DNA of 64,000 nucleotides from Gemmatimonadales bacterium (GCA_037189525.1 JBBCJC010000001.1:96001-160000), one strand, 5' to 3'; shown: positions 32,057-42,143, numbered from the stretch's first letter. Numbers and translations: made by a program. Notes: generated by a model not told the origin, from the sequence alone.

Positions 32057-32290
32057 ATGAAAAAGGAACTGATCCAGAAGCTGCACAAAAGCTTCGAGGA
32101 CTGCGCCTATCACGAAGATGGCGTCGAGTTCTGGCTGGCGCGCGAACTGCAAGGGCTGCCGGGCTATACTGAGTGGCGCAACTTCACGCTCGTCATCGAG
32201 AAGGCCAAGACGGCTTGACGAGAAGGCTGGGCAGCAAGAAGAAGACGCCATAAACCGCCGCCTGAACGCGGACGGGCTTCAATCGGGGTG
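32057..32290 (+). pseudogene. Truncated, frameshifted remnant of DNA-damage-inducible protein D (dinD-like)
   Basis: MKKELIQKLHKSFEDCAYHEDGVEFWLARELQGLPGYTEWRNFTLVIEKAKTA* (32057-32218) resembles the DinD N-terminus; GGAG RBS; too short for the ORF track. Confidence 0.7.
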
Positions 32291-32384
32291 AACTCCCGTA
32301 TCGCCGAGATTATCGTTCGTCGGCGGGTCACGAATGGAACCCGCGCCCGATTCCGAGGCCCGGAACGCCCGCGAGGAAACCGCC

Positions 32385-33239
32385 ATGCCCGCTCCGCTCT
32401 GGTTGATCGACGCCTTTTCCAGCCGCCCTTTCAGGGGCAATCCCGCCGGGGTCTGCTGGCTCGATCACCCGGCGCCCGACACCTGGATGCAGGCCCTTGC
32501 CGCCGAGCTCAACCAGGCCGAAACCGCCTTCGTCAGCCCGGCAGCCGACGGCTTCAACCTCCGCTGGTTCACGCCGGAAATCGAAGTCGACCTCTGCGGC
32601 CACGCGACCCTCGCGACCGGCCACTTCCTCTGGACATCAGGCCGTCTCGACCCGCGCGAGCCGGTGCGCTTCCATACCCGGAGCGGGGTGCTGACCGCCC
32701 GGCGGGAACATGACGATCGGATCGTGCTCGACTTCCCGGGCATGGAGGTCGTTCCGGTTGCGCCGCCGGAAGGATTCTTTGCCGCGCTCAACCTGCCGGG
32801 CGGGCTCGTCTACGTGAACCAGGCGGCGCAACCCGACTACCTGGTGATGCTCGACCGCGAAGTCGATGTCCATATCGTGATGCCCAACTTTGCGGCGCTC
32901 AAGAAGATCAACGCGCGCGGCGTCATCATCACCGCACCTGGCGACCGCAAGGAAACCGATTTCGTCTCCCGGTTCTTCGCGCCGGCCGTGGGCGTCGACG
33001 AAGATCCGGTCACCGGCTCGGCGCACTGCACTCTGGCTCCGTTCTGGGCGCCCCGGCTCGGCAAAAGCACGATGGTCGGGTATCAAGCGTCCAGGCGCGG
33101 CGGCGTGGTCGAAACCCGCATCGTCGGAGATCGCGTGCACCTTGCCGGCCATGCGGTGACCGTGATGCGGGGCGAGGTCGATGCCCCAGGCACCGAAGAT
33201 CCGGCAGCAGCCACCAACAGCTATAACCACGGCGCTTAA
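32385..33239 (+). CDS. PhzF-family isomerase/epimerase
   Basis: IDAFSSRPFRGNPAGV, ETAF, LRWFTPEIEVDLCGHATLA, EDPVTGSAHC. Confidence 0.93.
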   Translation: MPAPLWLIDAFSSRPFRGNPAGVCWLDHPAPDTWMQALAAELNQAETAFVSPAADGFNLRWFTPEIEVDLCGHATLATGHFLWTSGRLDPREPVRFHTRSGVLTARREHDDRIVLDFPGMEVVPVAPPEGFFAALNLPGGLVYVNQAAQPDYLVMLDREVDVHIVMPNFAALKKINARGVIITAPGDRKETDFVSRFFAPAVGVDEDPVTGSAHCTLAPFWAPRLGKSTMVGYQASRRGGVVETRIVGDRVHLAGHAVTVMRGEVDAPGTEDPAAATNSYNHGA

Positions 33240-33274
33240 GGCATCGATCAACCAGCTCGAGCGAGACGCGACCG

Positions 33275-33694
33275 ATGCCGATGCAACGCGACATCGTGCT
33301 GCGCTGGATCCGGCAGCTCGCCGCGCTGGTAGCCCGTCTGCTGCGCGGCGACCGCAGCCTGACCATGATGATCGTGCGGGAGGAGTTGGTCCAGGCGTAC
33401 GCGACACTGCTGGGCCCGATCGACCGCCTGGCGGCGCACCTCGACCCGACCCAGGTTGCCGAGTTACTGATCGACCCGTACCGAATCCACGGCTATGCGG
33501 AGCTGCTGGCGCTGGAGAGCGCCCTGGAACGCTTCGACGGGCGCGCCGAATCCGCCCAGCGCCTGGCCGAGCGAGCACGCGCCGTGCTGAACGAAGCCAT
33601 CCGGCGTAGCCGCGAACCCATGCCCGAATGGGAGGCATGGGCGCAGGCGCTCGATCGGGACCTGACGAGTCTCCCCGATCAGGCGCTCGGGTAG
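33275..33694 (+). CDS. Hypothetical helical protein
   Basis: Fills the gap after PhzF with protein-like composition; ends just before a terminator. Confidence 0.6.
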   Translation: MPMQRDIVLRWIRQLAALVARLLRGDRSLTMMIVREELVQAYATLLGPIDRLAAHLDPTQVAELLIDPYRIHGYAELLALESALERFDGRAESAQRLAERARAVLNEAIRRSREPMPEWEAWAQALDRDLTSLPDQALG

Positions 33695-33712
33695 CCGCCA
33701 GCAGGCCAAAAC

Positions 33713-33752
33713 AGAAACGGCCCGATTCGGCATCTCGAATCGGGCCGTTTCT
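33713..33752. terminator. Bidirectional intrinsic terminator
   Basis: Perfect 17-bp stem AGAAACGGCCCGATTCG / CGAATCGGGCCGTTTCT with 6-nt loop, between convergent genes. Confidence 0.85.
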
Positions 33753-33770
33753 CGTACTTGGAAACGCTTG

Positions 33771-35324
33771 CTACGTACGTGCCGCCAGCATCCGCCGGAT
33801 CGGCGCCACCAACAGCGCCATCAGCACCGCAAAGACCAGCACGAAGATGGCATTGGCGCCGAAGATCGTCGGCACCGAGAACGACTCGTACAGGCCGCCC
33901 ACCCGGCCCGCCACCTTGTTGCCCACCGCGGACGCCAGGAACCACACGCCCATCATCAGCCCCTGGACCCGATTGGGCGCCAGCTTCGACATCGCCGAGA
34001 GACCGACCGGGCTCAAGCACAGCTCGCCCACGGTTTGCAGGAAGAAGCAGCCGATCAGCCACATCGGGCTGACCCGCGTACCGCTCGCCGCCGACAGCGC
34101 GCCCAACACCATCAATGCGTAGCTTGCAGCGAGGAAGAAGAGGCCGAGTGAAAACTTGGCCGGTTGCGACGGGTTCTTGGTGCCCAGCTTGAGCCAGACC
34201 AGGCCCACGATCGGCGCAAAGACGATGATGAAGAACGAGTTGACCGACTGGAGCCACGACGGCGGGAACGACCAGCCAAAGATCGTATTCGAGGTGTTGC
34301 GATCGGCAAAGAGGTTGAGCGTCGATGCCGCCTGCTCGAACCCGGCCCAGAACACCGCGGCGCCAAGGAAGAGCACCACGATGACGACCAGACGCTTCCG
34401 CTCCTCCGGCGTCCACTTGGCCACGGTAAAGAGCCAGGTGAAGAAGCCTAACGTCAGGAAGATCAGGAAGGCATCGACGAAGCCGGCAAACCCGGCCGCG
34501 GTGACGGTAATCGCCCCCATCCGATGGAGCAGCGCCGACACGCCGACCGCACCCAGCACCACCGTCGTCGCAATCCAGAACCAGCGCCACGCCGTCGGCC
34601 CCTCGGCCGGGTGCGCCAGGCCGAGCGGACGGTCCGCTTTCTCCGGAAAGCGCTTACGGCCCAGTTGATACTGGATCAGGCCGAAGAGCATGCCCACCGC
34701 CGCGGCCGCAAAGCCGAAGTGCCAGGCCGCCTCGGGCTGCATTCCCCACCCGGCCAGCGTGGTCCGGAATCCTTCCGACTGCGCGAAGTAGCCGCAGACC
34801 AGCGGTCCCAGGAAGCCGCCCAGGTTGATGCCCATGTAGTAGAGCGAGAAGCCCGCGTCACGACGGGTATCCTCGGGCGAATACAGCTGGCCCACCATCG
34901 CCGACACGTTGCCCTTGAGCAGGCCCGTGCCGAGCACGAGCAGGATCAGGCCGAAGTAGAAGGTCGCAAGTCCGGGAAAGGCGAGACTGACATGGCCCGC
35001 CATGATCAGTACGCCGCCCCAGAAGACGGACCGGCGGAGCCCGATCAGCTTGTCAGCGAACCAACCGCCCGCCATGGTCATCATGTAGACCATCGCGGTG
35101 TAGGTCCCCTGAATCGCTCCGGCGTCCGATACCGGCAGACCCAGCCCGCCCTCGGTGACCGGCGCCACCATGAACAGGATCAGGATGGCGCGCATCCCGT
35201 AAAAGCTGAACCGCTCCCACATCTCGGTGAAGAAGAGGGTGGAAAGGCCCAGCGGATGTCCAAAGAATCGGCGATCGATTGCCAGTGCGGCGTCGGTAGG
35301 TGCGGTCGAATCGGGCCCGGTCAT
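33771..35324 (-). CDS. POT/PTR-family di/tripeptide:H+ symporter
   Basis: FFTEMWERFSFYGMR (ExxERFxYY-like), GFSLYYMGINLG, GELCLSPVG. Confidence 0.95.
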   Translation of the reverse strand: MTGPDSTAPTDAALAIDRRFFGHPLGLSTLFFTEMWERFSFYGMRAILILFMVAPVTEGGLGLPVSDAGAIQGTYTAMVYMMTMAGGWFADKLIGLRRSVFWGGVLIMAGHVSLAFPGLATFYFGLILLVLGTGLLKGNVSAMVGQLYSPEDTRRDAGFSLYYMGINLGGFLGPLVCGYFAQSEGFRTTLAGWGMQPEAAWHFGFAAAAVGMLFGLIQYQLGRKRFPEKADRPLGLAHPAEGPTAWRWFWIATTVVLGAVGVSALLHRMGAITVTAAGFAGFVDAFLIFLTLGFFTWLFTVAKWTPEERKRLVVIVVLFLGAAVFWAGFEQAASTLNLFADRNTSNTIFGWSFPPSWLQSVNSFFIIVFAPIVGLVWLKLGTKNPSQPAKFSLGLFFLAASYALMVLGALSAASGTRVSPMWLIGCFFLQTVGELCLSPVGLSAMSKLAPNRVQGLMMGVWFLASAVGNKVAGRVGGLYESFSVPTIFGANAIFVLVFAVLMALLVAPIRRMLAART

Positions 35325-35911
35325 GAACCTTTCCCCATCTTGCGTTTGAGCATTTCCAACTGTGCGTTGACGACCGACTCGGCGCGTTGCCGATCGAGCC
35401 GGGCCTTGAGCAGATTCGCTTCCTCGGGATCGATTGCCGGGCCGGCGCCGCCACCCGGGCCATCCGACGGATCGCTCCCCAAGCCGTCGTCGCCAGCTGC
35501 GCTCCGGGAGCCGGTGTCGGCCACCCCGCGACGCGCCGCCCGATATCGATCGGCCAGCATGTCGTACTCCTGCTGCGCAATTGCGAGCTCGTCCTGCTGC
35601 ACCGCCTGCTTGCGCTCCAGCAGCGCCACCCGCTGGCGATGACGCTCGGCATATTCCCGCGCGATCGTCGCCGTTTCACTGTCGCTGATGTCGTCCGCCA
35701 GCTGGCCCCGGCGCAGCGCAGCCGCCAGGTGCTCTTGCTCGGTCGCGAGTTCACGGACGGTACGACCCAAGGCGTCGGTCATATCCTTGAGACCGACCTT
35801 GAGATCGACCAGTGCGTCGTGGAGGATGCCTGCCTGACTTCGACCCAGGCCACCCAACCCCTGCTCGTTCAGCAGGCGGTCGAGCCGGGCTTTGAGCTCA
35901 TCGAATCCCAT
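35321..35911 (-). CDS. Coiled-coil protein, PspA/IM30-like
   Basis: Long amphipathic helices, Gly/Asp linker, C-terminal LEMLKRKMG; stop overlaps the POT start. Confidence 0.5.
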   Translation of the reverse strand: MGFDELKARLDRLLNEQGLGGLGRSQAGILHDALVDLKVGLKDMTDALGRTVRELATEQEHLAAALRRGQLADDISDSETATIAREYAERHRQRVALLERKQAVQQDELAIAQQEYDMLADRYRAARRGVADTGSRSAAGDDGLGSDPSDGPGGGAGPAIDPEEANLLKARLDRQRAESVVNAQLEMLKRKMGKGS

Positions 35912-35953
35912 AATGGCGTCAAATGTTACCGCCCGATGGTATCTTTGGGAACC

Positions 35954-36439
35954 ATGCGCCCCCTCGCTCTTGCCGCGCCGATCACGCTCCTGCTGCTTGC
36001 CGGATGCAACCTGTCGGAGCGGGCCACCCGGTGCGGCATTGCCGCCCTCGCGGGGCCGACCATGCTGCTCGAGGAGTTCACCCATCCAGGCAAGACGATG
36101 GGTGCGGTGACGGTCGCGATGCCGGAAGTCCTGCCGGTCCGATTTGCCGCCGGGGCGGCCCAGCGCGGCCTGGTCGGACAGACCGACAGCACCTGGATCG
36201 TCGGCGTCGACGGCCCCTTCCCGCCGGTCGCGGAAAAAAGCTTCGGCGTTCTGCTGGTCGATCCCGTAGCCGGCCCGCGCGGAGTCCTGCTCTACGAAGG
36301 CCCCCCGATCCGCGGGGCGCCGATCCTGGGCTCGATTCACGTCTCAGACCGCGTTCTGCCCATGATTGGCCTGAGCACCACGGTCGCGGCCTTCGAGGAC
36401 AGTAACTGCCCACTGTTCCCGGACTCGCTCCGGCAGTGA
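35954..36439 (+). CDS. Putative lipoprotein
   Basis: MRPLALAAPITLLLLAGC lipobox; GTGA overlap with the next gene. Confidence 0.65.
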   Translation: MRPLALAAPITLLLLAGCNLSERATRCGIAALAGPTMLLEEFTHPGKTMGAVTVAMPEVLPVRFAAGAAQRGLVGQTDSTWIVGVDGPFPPVAEKSFGVLLVDPVAGPRGVLLYEGPPIRGAPILGSIHVSDRVLPMIGLSTTVAAFEDSNCPLFPDSLRQ

Positions 36440-37515
36440 CGTCGGGCTTCCCCCGCGTCATCCATGTCGCGGCGGGACGGGAATGGCGCGGCGGCGAGCG
36501 GCAGGTCCTGCTCCTGGCTCGCGGCCTGGCCCAGGCCGGTCTCTCCCAACTGGTCATCACGGCAAAGCAAGGCCGCCTCTACACCGAACTCCGGGCGGCC
36601 GGCGTGCCCTGCCACGGTGTGGGATGGTCGTCGGCGCTCTCACCCGGCGCCGTGTTCGCCGTCCTCCGGGCCGCCCGCACCACGCCGTCGCTGCTTCATG
36701 CGCACGACCCCCACGCTCTGGTCGTCGCCGGCCTGGCCACACTGGCCGCATCCGCGCCGCTCGTCGTAACTCGGCGGGTGACCTTTCCGCTTCGTCGCCC
36801 GGGCTTCTGGGTGCGGAGCAACCATATCATCGCGATTTCCCATGCCGTCCGGGACGCGCTGGTCACGAGTGGCATCGATCCGTCCCGCATCACCGTCGTC
36901 CACTCCGCGATCGATCTCCAGGCCACTCGGGCCAAGCCACCGGCGCCACTCCACTCGCGATTCGGGATCCCGGCCGAGTCGCCGGTGGCGATTGCGGTGG
37001 CGGCGCTGACGGGGGAGAAGGATCATAGCACGTTGATCGAGGCCGCCCGGTCACTGCACAGCAAGCGTCCTGACCTGCATTGGCTCCTGGTGGGCGACGG
37101 GCCGCGTCGCGCCGCATTGGAGGCGCAGATCGGCGCCACGAACTCGGCGGCGTTCGTCCACCTGGCCGGCCAGGTCGAGGATCCCCGCCCCTTGATCGCG
37201 GCGAGTTCGGTTTTCGTGTCGACCTCAACCAACGAGGGACTGGGCACCTCCATTCTCGACGCCATGGCACTGGGAGTCCCCGTCGTTGCCACCCGGGTCG
37301 GGGGGACTTCGGAACTCCTGGACGGCGGCGCCGGGCTGCTGACGGAGGCCGGCGCCTCCGAGGCCACCGCCCAGGCGGTCGAGCTGGTACTGAGCGACGC
37401 AGTGCGCCGAGCCTGGACCCTCGAGCGGGCCCGGGAAGCGGTGGCCCGGTTCGACCTGCCCGGGATGGTCGAGGGGGTCCGGAGCGTTTATCGTTCTGTC
37501 GTCCTAGCACGTTGA
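36436..37515 (+). CDS. Glycosyltransferase family 4 (GT-B)
   Basis: WRGGERQ, KDH..LI, EGLGTSILDAMALGVPVVATRVGG. Confidence 0.92.
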   Translation: MTSGFPRVIHVAAGREWRGGERQVLLLARGLAQAGLSQLVITAKQGRLYTELRAAGVPCHGVGWSSALSPGAVFAVLRAARTTPSLLHAHDPHALVVAGLATLAASAPLVVTRRVTFPLRRPGFWVRSNHIIAISHAVRDALVTSGIDPSRITVVHSAIDLQATRAKPPAPLHSRFGIPAESPVAIAVAALTGEKDHSTLIEAARSLHSKRPDLHWLLVGDGPRRAALEAQIGATNSAAFVHLAGQVEDPRPLIAASSVFVSTSTNEGLGTSILDAMALGVPVVATRVGGTSELLDGGAGLLTEAGASEATAQAVELVLSDAVRRAWTLERAREAVARFDLPGMVEGVRSVYRSVVLAR

Positions 37516-37521
37516 CGGAGA

Positions 37522-38307
37522 ATGATTTACGTCTGTATCCCGAGCCACGACGAAGCGGAAACCGTCGGTCTCGTGCTCTGGAAAATCCGCAAAGTGTTCG
37601 AGTCGCTTGGCCGCGAGTACCATGTCGTGGTGGGCGACGACGGCTCGACCGATCACACCGGTGAGGTGCTGGAAACCTATGCGCAGGTGCTCCCGCTGAC
37701 CTACCGATCCGATCGCATTCGTCGCGGCTACGCTGCCACGACGGAGTACCTTCTGCGGCAGGCCGTGGCCTCGTCCAATCGCCCCAAGCGCGACGCGGCG
37801 ATCCTGATGCACGGCGACTTTTCCCACGGGCCGGAACTGCTCCAGGACTTCATTCGCCGGTTCGACAGCGGCGCCGACATGATCGTGGGCGAGGGCGCCA
37901 TCGACCCGGCCTGGGACCGCGGCTACCGGTGGACCCGCCTCTGGAGCGGTTACCTCCTGGGCAAGAGTGCCGGGGTGCCGGGCGTCAAAGATCCGACCTC
38001 GGGCTTTCTGGGCTTCCGCCTGGCCACCCTCCGGACCGTGTTTCAATCGCCCGAGCCGGTCCTGGTGTCCGAAGGATGGGCCGTCAACGCTGAGCTGGTG
38101 GGACGGGCCGCCGTGCACGCCCGCAGGATCGAAACCGTCTCATTTACCGAGCGGCACGACCTGAAGACCCGGCCCCGCCGGATCGCTCCCTGGTCGATGG
38201 CGCGATCGCTGTGGTCGTCGAGCGGCGTGGTACGACGGGTGGTCCAGGCCGAACGCGGGGCCGCCGCCCACGCCAGCCGGCGACGTGAACAAGGAGGCGC
38301 TGCGTGA
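37522..38307 (+). CDS. Glycosyltransferase family 2 (polyprenol-phosphate glycosyltransferase-like)
   Basis: VCIPSHDE, VVGDDGSTDHT, DPTSGF; DxD appears as HGD. Confidence 0.8.
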   Translation: MIYVCIPSHDEAETVGLVLWKIRKVFESLGREYHVVVGDDGSTDHTGEVLETYAQVLPLTYRSDRIRRGYAATTEYLLRQAVASSNRPKRDAAILMHGDFSHGPELLQDFIRRFDSGADMIVGEGAIDPAWDRGYRWTRLWSGYLLGKSAGVPGVKDPTSGFLGFRLATLRTVFQSPEPVLVSEGWAVNAELVGRAAVHARRIETVSFTERHDLKTRPRRIAPWSMARSLWSSSGVVRRVVQAERGAAAHASRRREQGGAA

Positions 38308-39047
38308 TTCCAACCCTGATCTCATTCGCCGCCCTGCTCGCGGCTGCTACCCCGTCGGATACGTCCTCGGCCGCGGCGCGCTATCCGTTCAAGGTCGGCG
38401 AGCGTTTCATCTATGACGCGCGGATGGGCATGCTCAAACTCGGCGAAGGATCCATTCATGTCGCCGGGATGGACACGGTTCGGGGTGAGGAGACGTTCCG
38501 ATTCCGGTTTCAGCTCGAAGGCGGAAACTTCGTATTCAAGCTGAAGTCGGTGCTCGAGTCGTGGACGACTGTGCGGGATTTCAAGTCGCTCCGGTTCCGC
38601 AACGACAACACGGAAAACGACCGGAACCGGATCCGGGACTACGACATCTTCCCCGATTCGGGCTTCTACCGCCAACGTGGCCGCGACGCCAAAGAGGCAA
38701 CCCCGACGCATCCGCTCGACGATGCGTCGTTCCTCTATTTTGTCCGCACCGCCGATTTCGAGGTGGGTAAGAGCTATCGGTTCGACAAGTATTTCATGAA
38801 CGACAAGAACCCGCTGCTGATTCGGGTGCTCAAAAAAGAAGAGATGACCCTGCCCGACGGCCGCAAGGTGAACTGCTGGGTCTTGAACCCGGTCATCGAC
38901 GACCGCGGCATGTTCGCCGATCGCGCCGACGCCCGACTCTGGATTACCGACGACGCCGACCGGATCCCGGTCCAGATTCGCTCGAAGCTGGCCTTTGGTT
39001 CCGTCACCCTCCGCCTGGCCCGGATCGAGACTTCAACGGCGGACTGA
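38304..39047 (+). CDS. Secreted DUF3108-like protein
   Basis: Signal peptide; PFKVGERFIY; LDDASFLYFVRT; LWITDDADRIPVQI. Confidence 0.7.
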   Translation: MIPTLISFAALLAAATPSDTSSAAARYPFKVGERFIYDARMGMLKLGEGSIHVAGMDTVRGEETFRFRFQLEGGNFVFKLKSVLESWTTVRDFKSLRFRNDNTENDRNRIRDYDIFPDSGFYRQRGRDAKEATPTHPLDDASFLYFVRTADFEVGKSYRFDKYFMNDKNPLLIRVLKKEEMTLPDGRKVNCWVLNPVIDDRGMFADRADARLWITDDADRIPVQIRSKLAFGSVTLRLARIETSTAD

Positions 39048-39084
39048 CGAAGGTTCCTCACCCGGTAGCACGGTGAGATACAGC

Positions 39085-39126
39085 ACGAGCCCGGACCGTC
39101 CGAAAAGACGATCCGGGCTCGTTTTC
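39085..39126 (+). terminator. Intrinsic terminator
   Basis: ACGAGCCCGGA...TCCGGGCTCGT stem followed by TTT, between convergent genes. Confidence 0.75.
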
Positions 39127-39142
39127 TGTCCCGCCGGCGGAA

Positions 39143-39361
39143 CTAGGCTTCGCTCGAGCGGCCGCGAATCGTCTCGCGGATATTCTGCGCCGTCGACGGG
39201 CTCACGACCTTGATAACCAGGTAGATGAGCCAACCGAGGAAGGCGAACCAGAGCAGGTTGAGGACCAGCCCGATCGCGCCTCCAATCAGGAAGCCGATGA
39301 CCTTCATCCCGACGATGAACAGGACAAAGAACCCAGCGAAACCTACGAGACCTCGGACCAT
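39143..39361 (-). CDS. Small membrane protein
   Basis: 72 aa, two hydrophobic stretches, GGAGG RBS. Confidence 0.7.
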   Translation of the reverse strand: MVRGLVGFAGFFVLFIVGMKVIGFLIGGAIGLVLNLLWFAFLGWLIYLVIKVVSPSTAQNIRETIRGRSSEA

Positions 39362-39442
39362 GGTACCTTTCCTCCACCGATGAATGGCTACAGGAATTTA
39401 CTGTACGCAGGACGTTTCAGAAAGTTTCATCCGGAAACCTAA

Positions 39443-40549
39443 GTGACTAATTCCCATGATGTTGTGATTGTGGGTGCGGGCCCGGTCGGCGCCGCGGCAG
39501 CGCGGGAGCTTTCCCGCGCCGGCCGGCGTGTCCTGCTGATCGATGCCGGCAGCAAGCCGGGTGAGGCCTGGCGGGCGTCGGCCGGGATGCTGGCGCCGCA
39601 GATCGAGACCCGGGAGGACACCCCGTTGTTCGAACTGGGCGTCGCGGGTCGCGAATATTATCGGGACCGCGCGGCCGAGTTGGCCGATGAAACCGGGATC
39701 GACATCGGCCTGGTGGAAAGCGGCATCCTGCGCCTGGCCCTGACGGAAGCCGACGAGACCTTGCTGCGTTCCGCCGTCGCCTGGCAACGCCAGCATGGGC
39801 AGCGGGCCGAATGGCTCGATCCGGATGAAGTACGCAATGAGTTCCCCTGGGCCGGGCGGAATCGTGGTGCGCTCTGGGCACCCAAGGACGGTGCCGTCGA
39901 TCCGATCCGATTAGTCGAAGCGCTCCGAGCCAGCGCAGTGCGCGCGGGCGCCAAGGTCGTCACCGATACGATTACCTCGCTGGTGCGGCAGGGCGGCCGG
40001 ATTATCGGCGTCGAAGGGGAGAGCGGTAGCTACGCTGCGGGAGACATCGTCCTGGCCGCGGGCGCGTGGACCGGACGCCTGGCGGGTTTACCTCGACCGG
40101 TGTCGGTCGAACCGGTGCGCGGCCAGATGATCGCCAAGCCGTGGCCCAAGCACATTCCTCCCGCCATCGTGTACGGCGCGCATGGTTACGTGCTCGAACG
40201 CGCCGGCGAAGCCTGCTGCGGAGCAACCATGGAGCACGCCGGATTTGCGGTCGAAACCACGGCGGCAGGTGAGCAACAGGTGGCCGCGATTGCGGATGAG
40301 TTGATCCCGACACTCGGCTCGGCGCCGGTAACCCGCCGGTGGGCCGGCCTGCGCCCCGGCACACCGGACGGTCTGCCGATCTTCGGCGCAGAGCCGGAAG
40401 CGCCCAATCTCTGGTACGCCACCGGTTACGGTCGAAACGGCATCCTGTTCGCCGGGATTACCGGCATTGCCCTCACTCACCTGATGGCGCAGGAGGCCAC
40501 CTACGAAGGGGTGGAAGCGCTCCGGCCCGACCGCTTCTGGAGCTGGTAA
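39443..40549 (+). CDS. thiO: FAD-dependent glycine oxidase (ThiO/DAO family)
   Basis: VVIVGAGPVG, ASAGML, VLAAGAW, PVRGQM, WAGLRPGTPDGLP, GRNGIL. Confidence 0.75.
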   Translation: MTNSHDVVIVGAGPVGAAAARELSRAGRRVLLIDAGSKPGEAWRASAGMLAPQIETREDTPLFELGVAGREYYRDRAAELADETGIDIGLVESGILRLALTEADETLLRSAVAWQRQHGQRAEWLDPDEVRNEFPWAGRNRGALWAPKDGAVDPIRLVEALRASAVRAGAKVVTDTITSLVRQGGRIIGVEGESGSYAAGDIVLAAGAWTGRLAGLPRPVSVEPVRGQMIAKPWPKHIPPAIVYGAHGYVLERAGEACCGATMEHAGFAVETTAAGEQQVAAIADELIPTLGSAPVTRRWAGLRPGTPDGLPIFGAEPEAPNLWYATGYGRNGILFAGITGIALTHLMAQEATYEGVEALRPDRFWSW

Positions 40550-40558
40550 CCCGGGCCG

Positions 40559-42136
40559 CTACGAGACGGGCCGAGTCGACGTCGTGATCTGGGTACCGGG
40601 ATCCGGCTGATCGTTGCCGTCCGCTTCCTGCTTGCCCAGGAAGCCCGGCAACTCCACTCCGCCGATATCCCGCATCACCTGCATCATCGGTGGCAAGGTG
40701 CGCACCATGCTTTGCAGGAAGTTGGCCGCCCCGCCCGATCCGGTGCCCGCACCGCCCTCCCACACCACCACCTTGTCGAACTTAATATTCGAGATGGCCT
40801 TGGCCGAGGTTTCCGCCAGCGTGTCGAGGTGCTCGAGCATCATCATCTGATACGCTTCCTTCGCACCACCGCAGGCCGCTACGATCTCTTTGAGCGCCGC
40901 CGCCTTCTTGGCCAGAATTTCGTACTGACCCCGCGCCTCGGCCTCGAGCTTCATGTAGATCGCCTGCGCCTCGGCGGCCGCCTCGAGTTTGCGCCGCTCC
41001 GCCGCCGCCTCCGCTTCCACGATGACCTGCGCCTTCTCGGCCTTGGCCGGCGCCTCCAACGCGGCGCGGCGCTCCGCCTCCACCCGCTCAGCCTCGGCGA
41101 TCGCGGCTTTGGCCAAAGCTCGGTTCTGGGCTTCGCGCACCAGCGCCTCGGCCTCGCGCTTCTTGATCTCGGTGAGCTGGAAGGCCTCGGCCTGGCGGAG
41201 CTGGAGCTGTGCCTGACTCGCGACGATCATCGTCTGCGACTCGACCTCTCCCGCGATCGCGGTGGCCTCGGCGGCGGCAATCGCGACACGGCGTTCCCGC
41301 TCCGCATCCTTGACCTGTGCCTCCCGCTCGAACACGGCGCGCTGCTCCGCGACCGTCTGCTCCTTCGCCAGCTCGGCAACCCGAACCGCCGTGTCCCGCT
41401 CGGCTTCACGGGTGCCGATTTCCCGGAGCTTGGAAGCGCTGGCCACCTGCACGGTCCGTTCGCGCTCGGCATCGGCCACCCGCACTTCGCCCAGCTTTTC
41501 CTGCTCGGCCACGTCGCCGCGGGCCTGCTGCACGGCTTGCGCAGCGGCTTTCTTGCCGATCGCCTCGATGTAGCCGGAGTCGTCCTTCAAGTCGGTGATG
41601 TTCACGTTGATCAGCACCAGGCCGATCTTCTTGAGTTCCGGCTCGAGCGACTTCTGGACCCGGTGCAGGAAGCCGTCCCGGTCGCGATTGATCTCTTCGA
41701 TGCCCATCGACGCAATCACCTGGCGCATCTGGCCGAAGATGATGTCCTGCGCCTGACGCTTGATCTGATCGTGCGGCAAGCCGAGCAGGCGGATCGCCGC
41801 GTTCTGACGAACCTCGGCTTCGGTCCCGATCGCCACCGTGAATACGCTGGGCACCGCCACCCGGATGTTTTCGAGCGAGAGCGCATCGCGCAACGGGATT
41901 TCGATCTGGATCGGCTCGAGACTCAGGTAGGCAAACTCCTGGATCACGGGCCACACGAAGGCGCCACCGCCGGAGATGCACTTCGCCACGCCGTCGCCGC
42001 CCACCTTACCGGAGATGACCAGCACCCGATTGGCCGGACAGCGCTTGTAGCGCTTCACCACCATCGAGATGAAGCCCAGCATCAGCGACGAGCCGAAAAC
42101 GATGGCCAGGATCGACCACAATGGGAGTTCGAACAT
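40559..42136 (-). CDS. Flotillin/SPFH-domain protein
   Basis: N-terminal TM, RYKRCPANRVLVISG, GGGAFVWPVIQ, long AEA coiled coil, NIKFDKVVVW. Confidence 0.92.
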   Translation of the reverse strand: MFELPLWSILAIVFGSSLMLGFISMVVKRYKRCPANRVLVISGKVGGDGVAKCISGGGAFVWPVIQEFAYLSLEPIQIEIPLRDALSLENIRVAVPSVFTVAIGTEAEVRQNAAIRLLGLPHDQIKRQAQDIIFGQMRQVIASMGIEEINRDRDGFLHRVQKSLEPELKKIGLVLINVNITDLKDDSGYIEAIGKKAAAQAVQQARGDVAEQEKLGEVRVADAERERTVQVASASKLREIGTREAERDTAVRVAELAKEQTVAEQRAVFEREAQVKDAERERRVAIAAAEATAIAGEVESQTMIVASQAQLQLRQAEAFQLTEIKKREAEALVREAQNRALAKAAIAEAERVEAERRAALEAPAKAEKAQVIVEAEAAAERRKLEAAAEAQAIYMKLEAEARGQYEILAKKAAALKEIVAACGGAKEAYQMMMLEHLDTLAETSAKAISNIKFDKVVVWEGGAGTGSGGAANFLQSMVRTLPPMMQVMRDIGGVELPGFLGKQEADGNDQPDPGTQITTSTRPVS

Positions 42137-42143
42137 CACGACC

